From positions 1,538,638-1,602,637 of the forward strand of contig JAXGOI010000001.1 of the NCBI GenBank assembly GCA_040767605.1: a stretch of DNA of 64,000 bases, given 5' to 3'. The notes under the pieces were generated by a model. That model did no database searches. It saw nothing but the letters and a program-made list of their open reading frames with translations, and had not been told where the DNA came from. The position numbers and the translations under genes are program-made. Shown here piece by piece: positions 38,528-47,605 of this stretch (position 1 is its first letter; the number at the start of each line of letters is the position of its first letter). The stretch is from Clostridiales bacterium (GTDB lineage Bacteria > Bacillota > Dehalobacteriia > UBA4068).

Positions 38528-38565
38528 TGTATTTGTTTAAAGAGATACTTTCAGGGAGGTACAGT

Positions 38566-39342
38566 ATGGGAAAAGCCGCGGAAAGTCAGGTTAATTCAAA
38601 ACTAATAATAAGAGAAAAAATGAAGGAGAGGCTTATTGTGGCTTTGGATGTGGCCGACCGCAAAGAGGCCTTTCAAATGGTTAAGCAATTAGACGGCGCC
38701 GTAGGCGCCTATAAAATAGGTATGCAGCTTTATAACAGCGAAGGGCCGGATATAGTCCGGGATATTCAATTATTAGGCGGCAAGGTTTTTGTGGATTTAA
38801 AATTTCATGATATTCCCAATACTGTGGCCCAGGTAACCCGGGTAATTACCAAAAGGCGGGCTTTTATGTTTACCCTTCATGCCTCGGGGGGGTTTAAAAT
38901 GCTTTATGATTCCAATAAGGCTGCCCTTGATGAGGCTCAAAAGGAAGGGGTAGAAAAGCCTTTGGCGGTTGCGGTTACGGTTTTAACCAGTATGAGCCAA
39001 AAAGTTTTTGAAGAAGAAGTCGGCATAAAACGCCTTATAGCGGATCAGGTTAAAGAATGGGCTCTTTTAAGCCAAAAAGCAGGCTTAGACGGAGTGGTTT
39101 GCTCCCCCTGGGAAATAACCCCTATCCGGGAAGCCTGCGGCGGGGATTTTGTTATTGTAACCCCCGGGGTGCGTCCGGTATGGGCGGCCAGTAATGATCA
39201 GGAAAGAATTATGACCCCCGGGGAGGCAATTCAAAGGGGAGCTACTTATTTAGTTGTAGGGAGGCCCATAACTAATCATAGCGACCCGAGGGCGGCATCT
39301 GAAATGGTAATTGACGAAATGCTTTCCGGGGCGGGATATTAA
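38566..39342 (+). CDS. pyrF: Orotidine 5'-phosphate decarboxylase
   Basis: LIVALDV, DLKFHDIPNTV and VVGRPI motifs. Start moved to ATG 38566, 6 nt after SD GGGAGG (38554-38559). The track start at 38449 lies inside the structured RNA. Confidence 0.9.
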   Translation: MGKAAESQVNSKLIIREKMKERLIVALDVADRKEAFQMVKQLDGAVGAYKIGMQLYNSEGPDIVRDIQLLGGKVFVDLKFHDIPNTVAQVTRVITKRRAFMFTLHASGGFKMLYDSNKAALDEAQKEGVEKPLAVAVTVLTSMSQKVFEEEVGIKRLIADQVKEWALLSQKAGLDGVVCSPWEITPIREACGGDFVIVTPGVRPVWAASNDQERIMTPGEAIQRGATYLVVGRPITNHSDPRAASEMVIDEMLSGAGY

Positions 39343-39370
39343 AAAGGGCGGCTTAAGCCGCCCTTTATTT
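39341..39370. terminator. Bidirectional intrinsic terminator (pyrF / CDF gene)
   Basis: AAAAA-GGGCGGC-TTAA-GCCGCCC-TTTATTT. Confidence 0.8.
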
Positions 39371-39423
39371 ATATGTTTTTAGGATATATTTTAAAATATT
39401 GCCTAAAATAGCAAATAGTATTT

Positions 39424-40599
39424 TTAGGTCAGAGGCCTGTCTATACGGATAATCCCAAAATAGCTTTCATCCAGCTCTTTAATAATCGTATTTACCAGCT
39501 CAATAAGTTCAGCTTCACAAAGGGGGCAGTCAAAGGGGGCAACTAAATCAAAAATTATATTTGTATGAGTCGGCCCCTTAATCAGGCGAAAATCATGAAT
39601 GGAAAATTCTCCGGCAAAGGGTTCGGTTGCAAATTGGCCAATAATCGCGGAATAAATACTGCTTTTTAAGGAATTTGTATATTCATCATCCGGGAAAATC
39701 GGATCCATATGAATAGTGGCCTCGCAGTAAAAGCTCTCTTTAAGCTGCATTTCAATCATATCGATTGTATCATGTATTTCTATAAAATCGGCATCCCCCG
39801 GTACCTCCGCATGGAGGGAAATTATGCTTTGCCCCGGCCCGTAATTATGAATAATAAGGTCATGGATTCCGCTTATTTCCGGGTGGGCTAAAACCATGGC
39901 CTGAATTTTTTCCACAAGCTCTTTATCGGGGGCCTGCCCCAATAAAGGGCTGATATTTTCTTTGGCGGAGGCAATCCCCGAATAGAAAATAAAAAGCGCT
40001 ACCAATATGCCTAAATAACCGTCTAAATTAAGATTATAGGCATGGCTTAAAATAACTCCAAAGAGCACAATTCCGGTGGCAATAACATCATTTCTGCTGT
40101 CTAAGGCGGCGGTTTTCATGGCGGAGGAAGAAATTCTTTTGCTTAGATTAAGATAAAAGAAAAACATCCACAGCTTAATTAAGATAGCAAAAACTAAAAT
40201 AATAAGGGAGAGAGTATCTAAATTTATGGCCTCGGGGGAAAGTATTTTTTTAAAGGAGCCCCTTAATAGCTCCAGCCCCATAAAAATAATAATAATGGAA
40301 ATAACCAGCCCCGTAAGGTATTCCGCCCGGCCGTGGCCGAAGGGATGGTCTATATCCGCCGGTTTACCCGCCATTTTAAAGCCTAAAAGTACAACTATGG
40401 ATGAGCCCGCATCTGAAAGATTATTAAAGCCGTCGGCAATAATTGCTATGGAGGAGGAGATAATCCCTGCCATAAGCTTTAGGGAGAAAAGCAGCAAATT
40501 TAAAAATATGCCGATTGCCCCCCCTAAAATGCCGTATTTATAGCGGGCGGCGGTATTTTTATAATCTTTAATAAAGAGTTTTAGCAAAAATTCCGTCAT
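39424..40599 (-). CDS. Cation diffusion facilitator family transporter
   Basis: Six TM helices, DHPFGHGRAEY motif, C-terminal cytoplasmic domain. Confidence 0.85.
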   Translation of the reverse strand: MTEFLLKLFIKDYKNTAARYKYGILGGAIGIFLNLLLFSLKLMAGIISSSIAIIADGFNNLSDAGSSIVVLLGFKMAGKPADIDHPFGHGRAEYLTGLVISIIIIFMGLELLRGSFKKILSPEAINLDTLSLIILVFAILIKLWMFFFYLNLSKRISSSAMKTAALDSRNDVIATGIVLFGVILSHAYNLNLDGYLGILVALFIFYSGIASAKENISPLLGQAPDKELVEKIQAMVLAHPEISGIHDLIIHNYGPGQSIISLHAEVPGDADFIEIHDTIDMIEMQLKESFYCEATIHMDPIFPDDEYTNSLKSSIYSAIIGQFATEPFAGEFSIHDFRLIKGPTHTNIIFDLVAPFDCPLCEAELIELVNTIIKELDESYFGIIRIDRPLT

Positions 40600-40694
40600 T
40601 TTATTTATTCCTTTAAATTAAGCAAATCAAATATATCAAGTAAATCAAATAAAGCAGGCAAAGCAAGGCCTTTATCAAACTCCAAGTTAAAAGC

Positions 40695-42431
40695 TTATTC
40701 TTCCGGGTTAAAGGGCGTTGCTATAAGGGTTTTTTGTTTAAAGTAAATTACCTTGCCGGGCCTTGCCCCATGGGGTTTTTTAACCTGGTCCGCGGTGGTA
40801 TAATCCACGGCAACTTTAGAGCTGTTTTTGGCCCTGCTGTACCATGCGGCAATATTGGCGGCTAAAATTAAGGTTTCCTTACTTACGGTTTTGTCCCCGG
40901 AGCGTATAATGGTATGGCTGCCGGGAATATCCTTGGCATGGAGCCAAATATCATTTTTGGCGGCGGTTTTTAAGGTTAAGCGGTCATTTTGATTATTATT
41001 TCTCCCCACCAGTATTTCATAACCCTCGGGGCTAAGAAAGCTCCTGGGGGGGAGCTTTTCCGCCTTGGGCTGGGGTTTATTTTTGCGCTTTTCCTTAGCG
41101 TAGCCGCTTTTTACCAGCTCTTCCCGGGTTTCGGCAAGCTCCTCTAAATTACCGCTTTGCTCTATATTTACCAGGACGCTCTCTATATAAGAAAGCTCCT
41201 CCCTATTGACGCTTATTTGTTCTTTTATGGCCTCCCGGGCTTTTTTAGCCTTGGTATAAAGGCGGAAAAAGCGGCTCATATTTTCTCCCGGGGTTTGAGA
41301 GGGGTCAAGAGGAATACTTATAATCTCCCCCGGAGTATAAAAATTTTCTAATTCCGCGCTTTTTGCCCCTTTGGCCAGGCTGTAAAGGTTGGCGCTTAAA
41401 AGCTCGCCGTATAATTTGTATTTTTCTTTTGAATCCGCCTGGGCTAAATCTTCCTCTTGCAGGGCCAGCTTTTTTTTCAGCCTTTGGCTGTGGCCTTCCA
41501 TTATTTTATATAATTCCCTTTGGCGGGAAGAAAACATAATTTGATTTTCTTTTTGATTAAAAAAATCCTCGGCGGCTTGAGAAGGGGAGGTATAGGCTTT
41601 GGTTTTTTCTCCCTCCCAGAGCATAAGGGGGAAGGGGGCAAAATCCTCAGGGCTTTTGGCCCCTAAAATCAGGGGGCAAAATTCCTCCAGCCTGACGGTA
41701 TTTAAAATTTCCCCGGCGGCGCTTAAAATGCGCCTGAGCTCGTATTGGCCCATTTGGTCTACGGTCAGGGCCCCGGGCAAGCCGCTTCTTACAATTAATT
41801 CTTTTAGCATAAGAGGAGAAAAGCCGGCAATATTTAAGGCCAGGGCCTCTTTTAATTGGGTATGCGGCGGAAGGCAAAAAAATAACCTGGCTAAGGCGGC
41901 CTCATCCAAACCGGTAAAATCCGTTTTTTGCTGGGGGGGAGGCATAATATAGGCCTTGCCGGGCAAAACTTCACGATAACGGGAGAGTAAGTGATTATAG
42001 CGGCGTATGCCGTCTATAATTTGGCCCTGAGAATTAATTAAAATAATATTGCTGTGCTTACCCATAATTTCAATAATTAAGGTGCAAAGGGTATCATCCC
42101 CCAGCTCATTACGGGTTAAAAAAGAAATATGCAATATTCTTTCCAAGGGTTTTTGCTCAAAGGAAAGGATTTTTGCCCCCTCTAAATGTTTACGCAAAAC
42201 CATACAAAAAAGAGGCGCGCTTTGGGGGTTTTCCCTCTCATTATGGCAAAGGTGAATTCTTGCCCTTTGAGGGTGGGCGGAAATAAACAGTTTTTCTTTC
42301 CCCTCCCGGCCATGGCAGCGCATAATAATACTGGCAGCCTCGGGCTGGTGGATTTTTAAAACCCTGGCTCCTGTAAGTTTTTCTTTTAATTCTTTTTTAA
42401 CAGCCCCTAAATAAAATGTATCAAAAGCCAT
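40695..42431 (-). CDS. rqcH: NFACT-family ribosome quality control protein (RqcH / FbpA-like)
   Basis: MAFDTFYL... NFACT-N domain, coiled-coil middle, NFACT-R/DUF814 (WLHAKDIPGSHTII). Start taken at ATG 42431; the track TTG is 4 codons upstream. Confidence 0.85.
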   Translation of the reverse strand: MAFDTFYLGAVKKELKEKLTGARVLKIHQPEAASIIMRCHGREGKEKLFISAHPQRARIHLCHNERENPQSAPLFCMVLRKHLEGAKILSFEQKPLERILHISFLTRNELGDDTLCTLIIEIMGKHSNIILINSQGQIIDGIRRYNHLLSRYREVLPGKAYIMPPPQQKTDFTGLDEAALARLFFCLPPHTQLKEALALNIAGFSPLMLKELIVRSGLPGALTVDQMGQYELRRILSAAGEILNTVRLEEFCPLILGAKSPEDFAPFPLMLWEGEKTKAYTSPSQAAEDFFNQKENQIMFSSRQRELYKIMEGHSQRLKKKLALQEEDLAQADSKEKYKLYGELLSANLYSLAKGAKSAELENFYTPGEIISIPLDPSQTPGENMSRFFRLYTKAKKAREAIKEQISVNREELSYIESVLVNIEQSGNLEELAETREELVKSGYAKEKRKNKPQPKAEKLPPRSFLSPEGYEILVGRNNNQNDRLTLKTAAKNDIWLHAKDIPGSHTIIRSGDKTVSKETLILAANIAAWYSRAKNSSKVAVDYTTADQVKKPHGARPGKVIYFKQKTLIATPFNPEE

Positions 42432-42612
42432 TTTATACCCCAAATATGCATTTAGTATTCAAACAATACAACTCCAGACAAAAAATGTCAAGTTTTTAAA
42501 AATATTCCTTATGTTTAGCAGGATTTTTATTAAAAAAATAGAAATAAATAGCATTTAAGCTTTGTAAATCGCGGTCTAAAGCAGTTTTTAGGCCGGGAAG
42601 GCGGTTAACTAT

Positions 42613-43491
42613 TTGATTAAAAGTATGACGGGCTACGGCAGGGGAGAAGCCCAAAATTCCCAATATAAAGTTACAATTGAATTAAAATCGCTTAATCAGC
42701 GTTTTTTAGAAATAATGGTAAGATTGCCCCGCCAGCTTAACCCCCTGGAGGATTTTATTAAAAAAACCCTTCAGGCCGAAATTTCCCGGGGGAAGGTGGA
42801 TGTTTTTATCAGCCTTGAGGAAGCCGGCTCTAAAAATACCTCGCTAAAGGTTGACAATGACCTGGCATTGGTTTATTATAAATCATTATTACAGCTTGCG
42901 GCTACTTGCAAGCTTAAAGCAAAAATTGATTTGCAAAGTATCAGTATGTATCCCGGAGTAATTACGGCCGAAAAAGAAGAAGCCGATGCCAAGCTTCTTT
43001 CCCCCGTTGTGGAAGAGGCCCTTAATCTGGCTTTAAACTCTCTTTTAGAAATGCGCTCCGTTGAAGGGGCCGGGCTTTATAAAGATTTAACGGCCCATAA
43101 TGAGAATATAGGCAGTTATATGTCAGTAATTGCGGAAAATGTACCCAAAGTTGCGGAAGAGTATAAAAGCAAATTAAGGTTAAGAATTAATGAGCTTTTA
43201 GAAGATATCAGTATCGATGAATCTAGGTTTGCCAATGAGGTTGCTTTCTTTGCAGATAAATCCGATATTTCCGAAGAATTAGCCCGTATGCAAAGCCACC
43301 TAAAGCAATTTGCGGATGCTCTTAATTCTACGGAAGCAATTGGGAGAAAGCTGGAGTTTATTTTACAGGAAATGAACCGGGAAATAAACACCATAGGCTC
43401 TAAAGCCAATTCTCTCCCTTTAGGCCAGCTGGTTATTGATGTAAAAAGCGAATTGGAAAAAATGCGGGAGCAGGCTCAGAATGTAGAATAA
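42613..43491 (+). CDS. yicC: YicC/YloC-family endoribonuclease
   Basis: MIKSMTGYGRGE N-terminus and C-terminal DISEELARMQSH...EMNREINTIGSKA (DUF1732). Confidence 0.9.
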   Translation: MIKSMTGYGRGEAQNSQYKVTIELKSLNQRFLEIMVRLPRQLNPLEDFIKKTLQAEISRGKVDVFISLEEAGSKNTSLKVDNDLALVYYKSLLQLAATCKLKAKIDLQSISMYPGVITAEKEEADAKLLSPVVEEALNLALNSLLEMRSVEGAGLYKDLTAHNENIGSYMSVIAENVPKVAEEYKSKLRLRINELLEDISIDESRFANEVAFFADKSDISEELARMQSHLKQFADALNSTEAIGRKLEFILQEMNREINTIGSKANSLPLGQLVIDVKSELEKMREQAQNVE

Positions 43492-43516
43492 ATATATTGT
43501 AGGAGGTGTTTTTTTA

Positions 43517-43825
43517 ATGGCAATTCCCCAACTATCACCTGAGGAAAGAAGCAAGGCTTTGCAAAAGGCACAACAGATTCGGAGCAAGCGGATGGAAGTT
43601 AGAAAAGAGCTTAAAGCAGGGAAATTGGCTTTAGAAAAGGTTCTGAATGAGGCAGACAATGAGGTTTATGCCAAAATGAGAGTTAAATATCTCTTGGAAT
43701 CCCTTCCCCAGGTCGGGAAAATCACCACCCAAAAAATTATGGAAGAAATCGGCATTGATGAGGCTCGTCGTGTTCAAGGTTTAGGAACCAGGCAAAAACA
43801 GCAATTGCTGGAGCGCCTTTCTTAG
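43517..43825 (+). CDS. Actinobacterial-type integration host factor (mIHF/sIHF-like) small DNA-binding protein
   Basis: LSPEERSKALQKAQQIRSKRMEVRKELKAGK...MRVKYLLESLPQVGKITTQKIMEEIGIDEARRVQGLG aligns by eye with the mIHF family (LTxEQRxxALxKA...LLESLPGVGK...RRVRGLG). Confidence 0.7.
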   Translation: MAIPQLSPEERSKALQKAQQIRSKRMEVRKELKAGKLALEKVLNEADNEVYAKMRVKYLLESLPQVGKITTQKIMEEIGIDEARRVQGLGTRQKQQLLERLS

Positions 43826-43855
43826 AATATCCAATAGGTTATAAATGGTGGCATT

Positions 43856-44131
43856 ATGACAGTTAAACTTGTCAATATTGGCTATGGCAATATTGTAGCC
43901 GCAAACAGAGTTATTGCGGTTGTTACTCCGGAATCTGCCCCGATACGAAGGTTAATTCAGGATGCCAAAGATAGCGGCTATTTAATAGACGCTACCTGCG
44001 GCAGAAGAACAAGGGGTGTAGTAATTACCGATAGCAGGCATATTATACTTTCCGCGGTTCAGCCGGAAACAGTTGCAAGCCGCCTGACCGGAAATAAAGA
44101 TTTAAAAACAGAGGCGGCGGAGAGTAATTAA
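43856..44131 (+). CDS. remA: Extracellular matrix/biofilm regulator RemA (DUF370)
   Basis: [34 protein letters not shown]...TCGRRTR; position upstream of gmk. Confidence 0.9.
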   Translation: MTVKLVNIGYGNIVAANRVIAVVTPESAPIRRLIQDAKDSGYLIDATCGRRTRGVVITDSRHIILSAVQPETVASRLTGNKDLKTEAAESN

Positions 44132-44173
44132 GTGCCGTCTGAAATTTAGTCTGAAATTTAAAGGAAAATTAAA

Positions 44174-44791
44174 ATGCCCACTAAAGGTATGCTGCTGATA
44201 ATCTCCGGGCCGTCCGGAGTAGGCAAAGGCGCAATTAGCCAACGGCTTATGATAAAAAACCCCAACCTTCATTATTCCGTTTCCGCAACTACCCGTAAAC
44301 CGCGTAAGGGGGAAATAGACGGAATAAACTATTTCTTTATGGGTAAAGAAGATTTCCTGACTAAAATAAATAATCAGGAGTTTTTGGAATGGGCGGAGGT
44401 TTTTGGGAATTATTACGGCACCCCCAAAAGCAAAGTGGAGGAAATGCTTGGCGAGGGGAAAGATGTTGTTTTAGAAATTGATACCCAAGGTGCAATGCAG
44501 GTTAAAGCCGCTTGCACCGAGGGTATCTTCATATTTATTTTACCCCCCAGCCTGGAGGAATTAAAAAACAGGATAATCAAAAGAGGCTCCGAAACAAAAG
44601 AGAGCCTTACCAGCCGTTTTGGCGAGGCCGAGCATGAAATTGGCCTTTTAAGCCAATACGATTTTATGCTGGTAAACGATGATTTAGAAAAGGCGTCCTC
44701 CGAGCTTGATGAAATTATCCGGGCCCTGAAGGCGGCCGGGGGAGATAAAAAGAAGGCCCTGATAAAAGAAAAACATAGGGTAGCCCGGTAA
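44174..44791 (+). CDS. gmk: Guanylate kinase
   Basis: ISGPSGVGKG P-loop, TTRKPRKGE, YYGTP. Confidence 0.95.
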   Translation: MPTKGMLLIISGPSGVGKGAISQRLMIKNPNLHYSVSATTRKPRKGEIDGINYFFMGKEDFLTKINNQEFLEWAEVFGNYYGTPKSKVEEMLGEGKDVVLEIDTQGAMQVKAACTEGIFIFILPPSLEELKNRIIKRGSETKESLTSRFGEAEHEIGLLSQYDFMLVNDDLEKASSELDEIIRALKAAGGDKKKALIKEKHRVAR

Positions 44792-44835
44792 ATTATAAAT
44801 AAGCCGGTAAAACCGGGTAAATGGGAGGGAGTATC

Positions 44836-45042
44836 TTGAATAATCCGCCTGTAAGCAAATTACTTTCTAAAGTAGATTCCAAATATACTTTAATCGCCAT
44901 TGCCGCCAAAAGGGCGCGTCAGTTTATCGATAATGATACCGAAAAGATTAATAGCCTTAAAGGCAACCCTGTTACCATGGCCTTTCAAGAAATTGCCGAC
45001 GGCAAGGTTAATTGGGAGCGCCTTAAAGACGGCATAAAATAA
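44836..45042 (+). CDS. rpoZ: DNA-directed RNA polymerase subunit omega
   Basis: LLSKVDSKYTLIAIAAKRARQ. Probable TTG start at 44836 just after SD GGGAGGGAG; the track ATG 44821 is itself part of that SD. Confidence 0.85.
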   Translation: MNNPPVSKLLSKVDSKYTLIAIAAKRARQFIDNDTEKINSLKGNPVTMAFQEIADGKVNWERLKDGIK

Positions 45043-45069
45043 GGGCCGGAATAACCGGGGGAGAATAAT

Positions 45070-46299
45070 ATGCCGGAAGATTTAAAAAGCCCCTTAAAGG
45101 GTAAAAAAATTACTATTTGCATATGCGGGGGCATAGCCGCCTATAAAATGGCGGAAATTGTGGGAATTCTAAAAAAACAGGGGGCTGAAATAAGAATTGC
45201 CATGACTGCTTCCGCCTGTAATTTTATTACTCCCTTAACCCTGCGTACCTTATCCGGACATGATGTGGCAACGGATATTATGGCCGCAGATGAAGGGTAT
45301 TTTATTCCCCATTTGGAATTGGCGGATTGCGATTTAATGCTTGTTGCCCCGGCTACGGCCAATATTTTGGCAAAGGCCGCCCATGGCCTGGGGGATGAAA
45401 TAGTTTCCGCCACAATACTTGCAAATACGGCGCCTCTTTTATTTGCCCCGGCCATGAATTGCAATATGTATGAAAATACAGCCACTCAGGAGAATATTCG
45501 GCTTTTAACCCATAGGGGCTATCATTTTATCGGGCCGGATACCGGCCATTTAGCCTGTAATACAGAGGGTAAGGGAAGAATGTCTAAACCGGAGGATATT
45601 TGTAAAAGGGTTTATGAATTGCTTAGCCCTGCCGGGCCTTTCAGGGGTTTAAATGTTTTAATAAGCGCCGGCCCCACCAGAGAGCGTATAGACCCGGCCC
45701 GTTATATAAGTAATTTTTCCAGCGGTAAAATGGGTTATAATTTGGCGGAGGCCGCCAGCCTCAGGGGAGCGAATGTTTTATTAATCAGCGGCCCGGTAGG
45801 CCTTAAAAGCCCCTCGGGAGTAAAAACCGTTAAAATTGAAAGCGCTTTGGAAATGCAGGCCGAAATAGAAAAGGCCTACCCTAAAATGGATTTAATTATT
45901 ATGTGCGCCGCCGTGGCGGATTACCGCCCCGCCTTAAAAGAGGATATTAAACTGAAAAAGAAGAGCTCGGCAAGGCTTGAGCTTATAGCAAACCCCGATA
46001 TTTTAGAGGCCTTAGGGCAAAAGAAAGGCCAAAAAATCCTGGTGGGCTTCGCTGCGGAAACCAATGATTTAGATATTTATGCCCGGGAAAAACTTGAGAA
46101 AAAAAACCTGGATATGATAATTGCCAATAATATAAGCTTGCCGGGGGCGGGTTTTGAGACAGATACAAATATTATCTCAATTTATACCGCCGACGGGAAG
46201 AAAAAAGCTTATCCCAAGCTGACTAAAAGGCAAGCCGCGGATGAGATTTTAAATGCGATTTCCAATCTGCCCGGGTTTTTATATAAAAAGAAAGATTAG
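45070..46299 (+). CDS. coaBC: Bifunctional phosphopantothenoylcysteine decarboxylase / phosphopantothenate--cysteine ligase
   Basis: N-terminal flavoprotein domain (ICGGIAAYK, PAMN.NM) and C-terminal CoaB domain (ISNFSSGKMG, AAVADYR). Confidence 0.95.
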   Translation: MPEDLKSPLKGKKITICICGGIAAYKMAEIVGILKKQGAEIRIAMTASACNFITPLTLRTLSGHDVATDIMAADEGYFIPHLELADCDLMLVAPATANILAKAAHGLGDEIVSATILANTAPLLFAPAMNCNMYENTATQENIRLLTHRGYHFIGPDTGHLACNTEGKGRMSKPEDICKRVYELLSPAGPFRGLNVLISAGPTRERIDPARYISNFSSGKMGYNLAEAASLRGANVLLISGPVGLKSPSGVKTVKIESALEMQAEIEKAYPKMDLIIMCAAVADYRPALKEDIKLKKKSSARLELIANPDILEALGQKKGQKILVGFAAETNDLDIYAREKLEKKNLDMIIANNISLPGAGFETDTNIISIYTADGKKKAYPKLTKRQAADEILNAISNLPGFLYKKKD

Positions 46300-46334
46300 C
46301 TGTATAAGTTTAATTCAGAAGAGAGGTAAAGCAG

Positions 46335-47513
46335 ATGTCGATTTTTTTCACATCCGAATCGGTAACAGAGGGCCATCCCGATAAAATGGCCGATCAGATT
46401 TCCGATGCAATTTTAGATGCCATTTTGGCGGGGGATAAAAATAGCCGTGTGGCATGCGAAACATTTGTAACAACAGGCTTGGTTTTGGTAGCGGGGGAAA
46501 TAAGCACAAATTGCTATGTGGAAATTCCCCATATTGTAAGGGAAACAATATCGGAGATTGGCTATACCAGAGCTAAATACGGCTTCGATTGCGAAACCTG
46601 CTCCGTTATTACAACAATTCATGAGCAATCCGCGGATATTGCCCTGGGTGTTGATCAAGCTTTGGAAAAGAAATTGGGCAGCGAGGATATTGCGGCCTCC
46701 ATCGGGGCCGGGGATCAGGGCATGATGTTCGGCTATGCCTGTAATGATACGGATGAGCTTATGCCCATGCCTATCAGTTTAGCCCATATTCTCACCCGCC
46801 GCCTGGCCTATATGCGTAAAAAAGGGGAAATGGAATATTTGCGCCCGGATGGAAAATCCCAGGTTACCGTTGAGTATGATGAAAAGGGCGTTCCTAAAAG
46901 GGTGGATACCGTTGTAATTTCCACTCAGCATCACCCGGCTATCGGTATGGATAATTTGCGGGATGAAATTATTTCTAAAATTATTCTTCCCGTTATTCCC
47001 CAGCATTTAATCGATAAAAATACCCGTTATCTTATTAACCCCACCGGCCGTTTTGTTATTGGCGGCCCCCAGGGGGATACGGGCCTTACCGGGCGGAAAA
47101 TTATTGTAGATACTTACGGCGGCATGGCCCGCCACGGCGGGGGCGCCTTCTCCGGCAAGGACCCCACAAAGGTAGACCGCAGCGCCTCTTATTTAGCCCG
47201 TTATATGGCTAAAAATGTAGTTGCCGCAGGCCTTGCCAGCAAATGCGAAATCCAATTGGCCTATGCCATCGGCGTTGCCGAGCCGGTATCCCTCCTTGTG
47301 GATACCTTTGGTACTGGCATGGTTAAAGATGCCCTTATTGCCCAGGCCGTAAGGGATAATTTTGATATGCGCCCCGCGGCAATTATCAGAGATTTTGACC
47401 TTCTGCGCCCCATTTATAAGCAGGTGGCCTCTTATGGGCATTTTGGCCGCAGCGATTTGGATTTGCCTTGGGAAAAAACAGATAAAGCCGCAAAGTTAGG
47501 GAAAATTCTCTAA
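46335..47513 (+). CDS. metK: S-adenosylmethionine synthase
   Basis: [41 protein letters not shown]. Confidence 0.98.
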   Translation: MSIFFTSESVTEGHPDKMADQISDAILDAILAGDKNSRVACETFVTTGLVLVAGEISTNCYVEIPHIVRETISEIGYTRAKYGFDCETCSVITTIHEQSADIALGVDQALEKKLGSEDIAASIGAGDQGMMFGYACNDTDELMPMPISLAHILTRRLAYMRKKGEMEYLRPDGKSQVTVEYDEKGVPKRVDTVVISTQHHPAIGMDNLRDEIISKIILPVIPQHLIDKNTRYLINPTGRFVIGGPQGDTGLTGRKIIVDTYGGMARHGGGAFSGKDPTKVDRSASYLARYMAKNVVAAGLASKCEIQLAYAIGVAEPVSLLVDTFGTGMVKDALIAQAVRDNFDMRPAAIIRDFDLLRPIYKQVASYGHFGRSDLDLPWEKTDKAAKLGKIL

Positions 47514-47525
47514 AACTTTTATTTA

Positions 47526-47553
47526 AGCCCCCAATACTTGGGGGCTTTTTTTA
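47526..47553 (+). terminator. Intrinsic terminator after metK
   Basis: AGCCCCCAA-TAC-TTGGGGGCT then TTTTTTT. Confidence 0.85.
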
Positions 47554-47605
47554 TTCCCCTGAATAAAGAGGATTTTTTTAGCCATCCTAAAAATAAGGGG
47601 GGGTA

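Noticed and set aside
38449-38565. N-terminal 39 codons of the 297-aa pyrF ORF in the track
   Set aside because: This stretch overlaps the structured 6S-like RNA and has no SD. The conserved PyrF fold starts near LIVALDV, and a strong SD plus ATG is present at 38554-38568.
46300-46334. SAM (S-box) riboswitch expected upstream of metK
   Set aside because: Only 35 nt separate coaBC from metK, which leaves no room for any aptamer.
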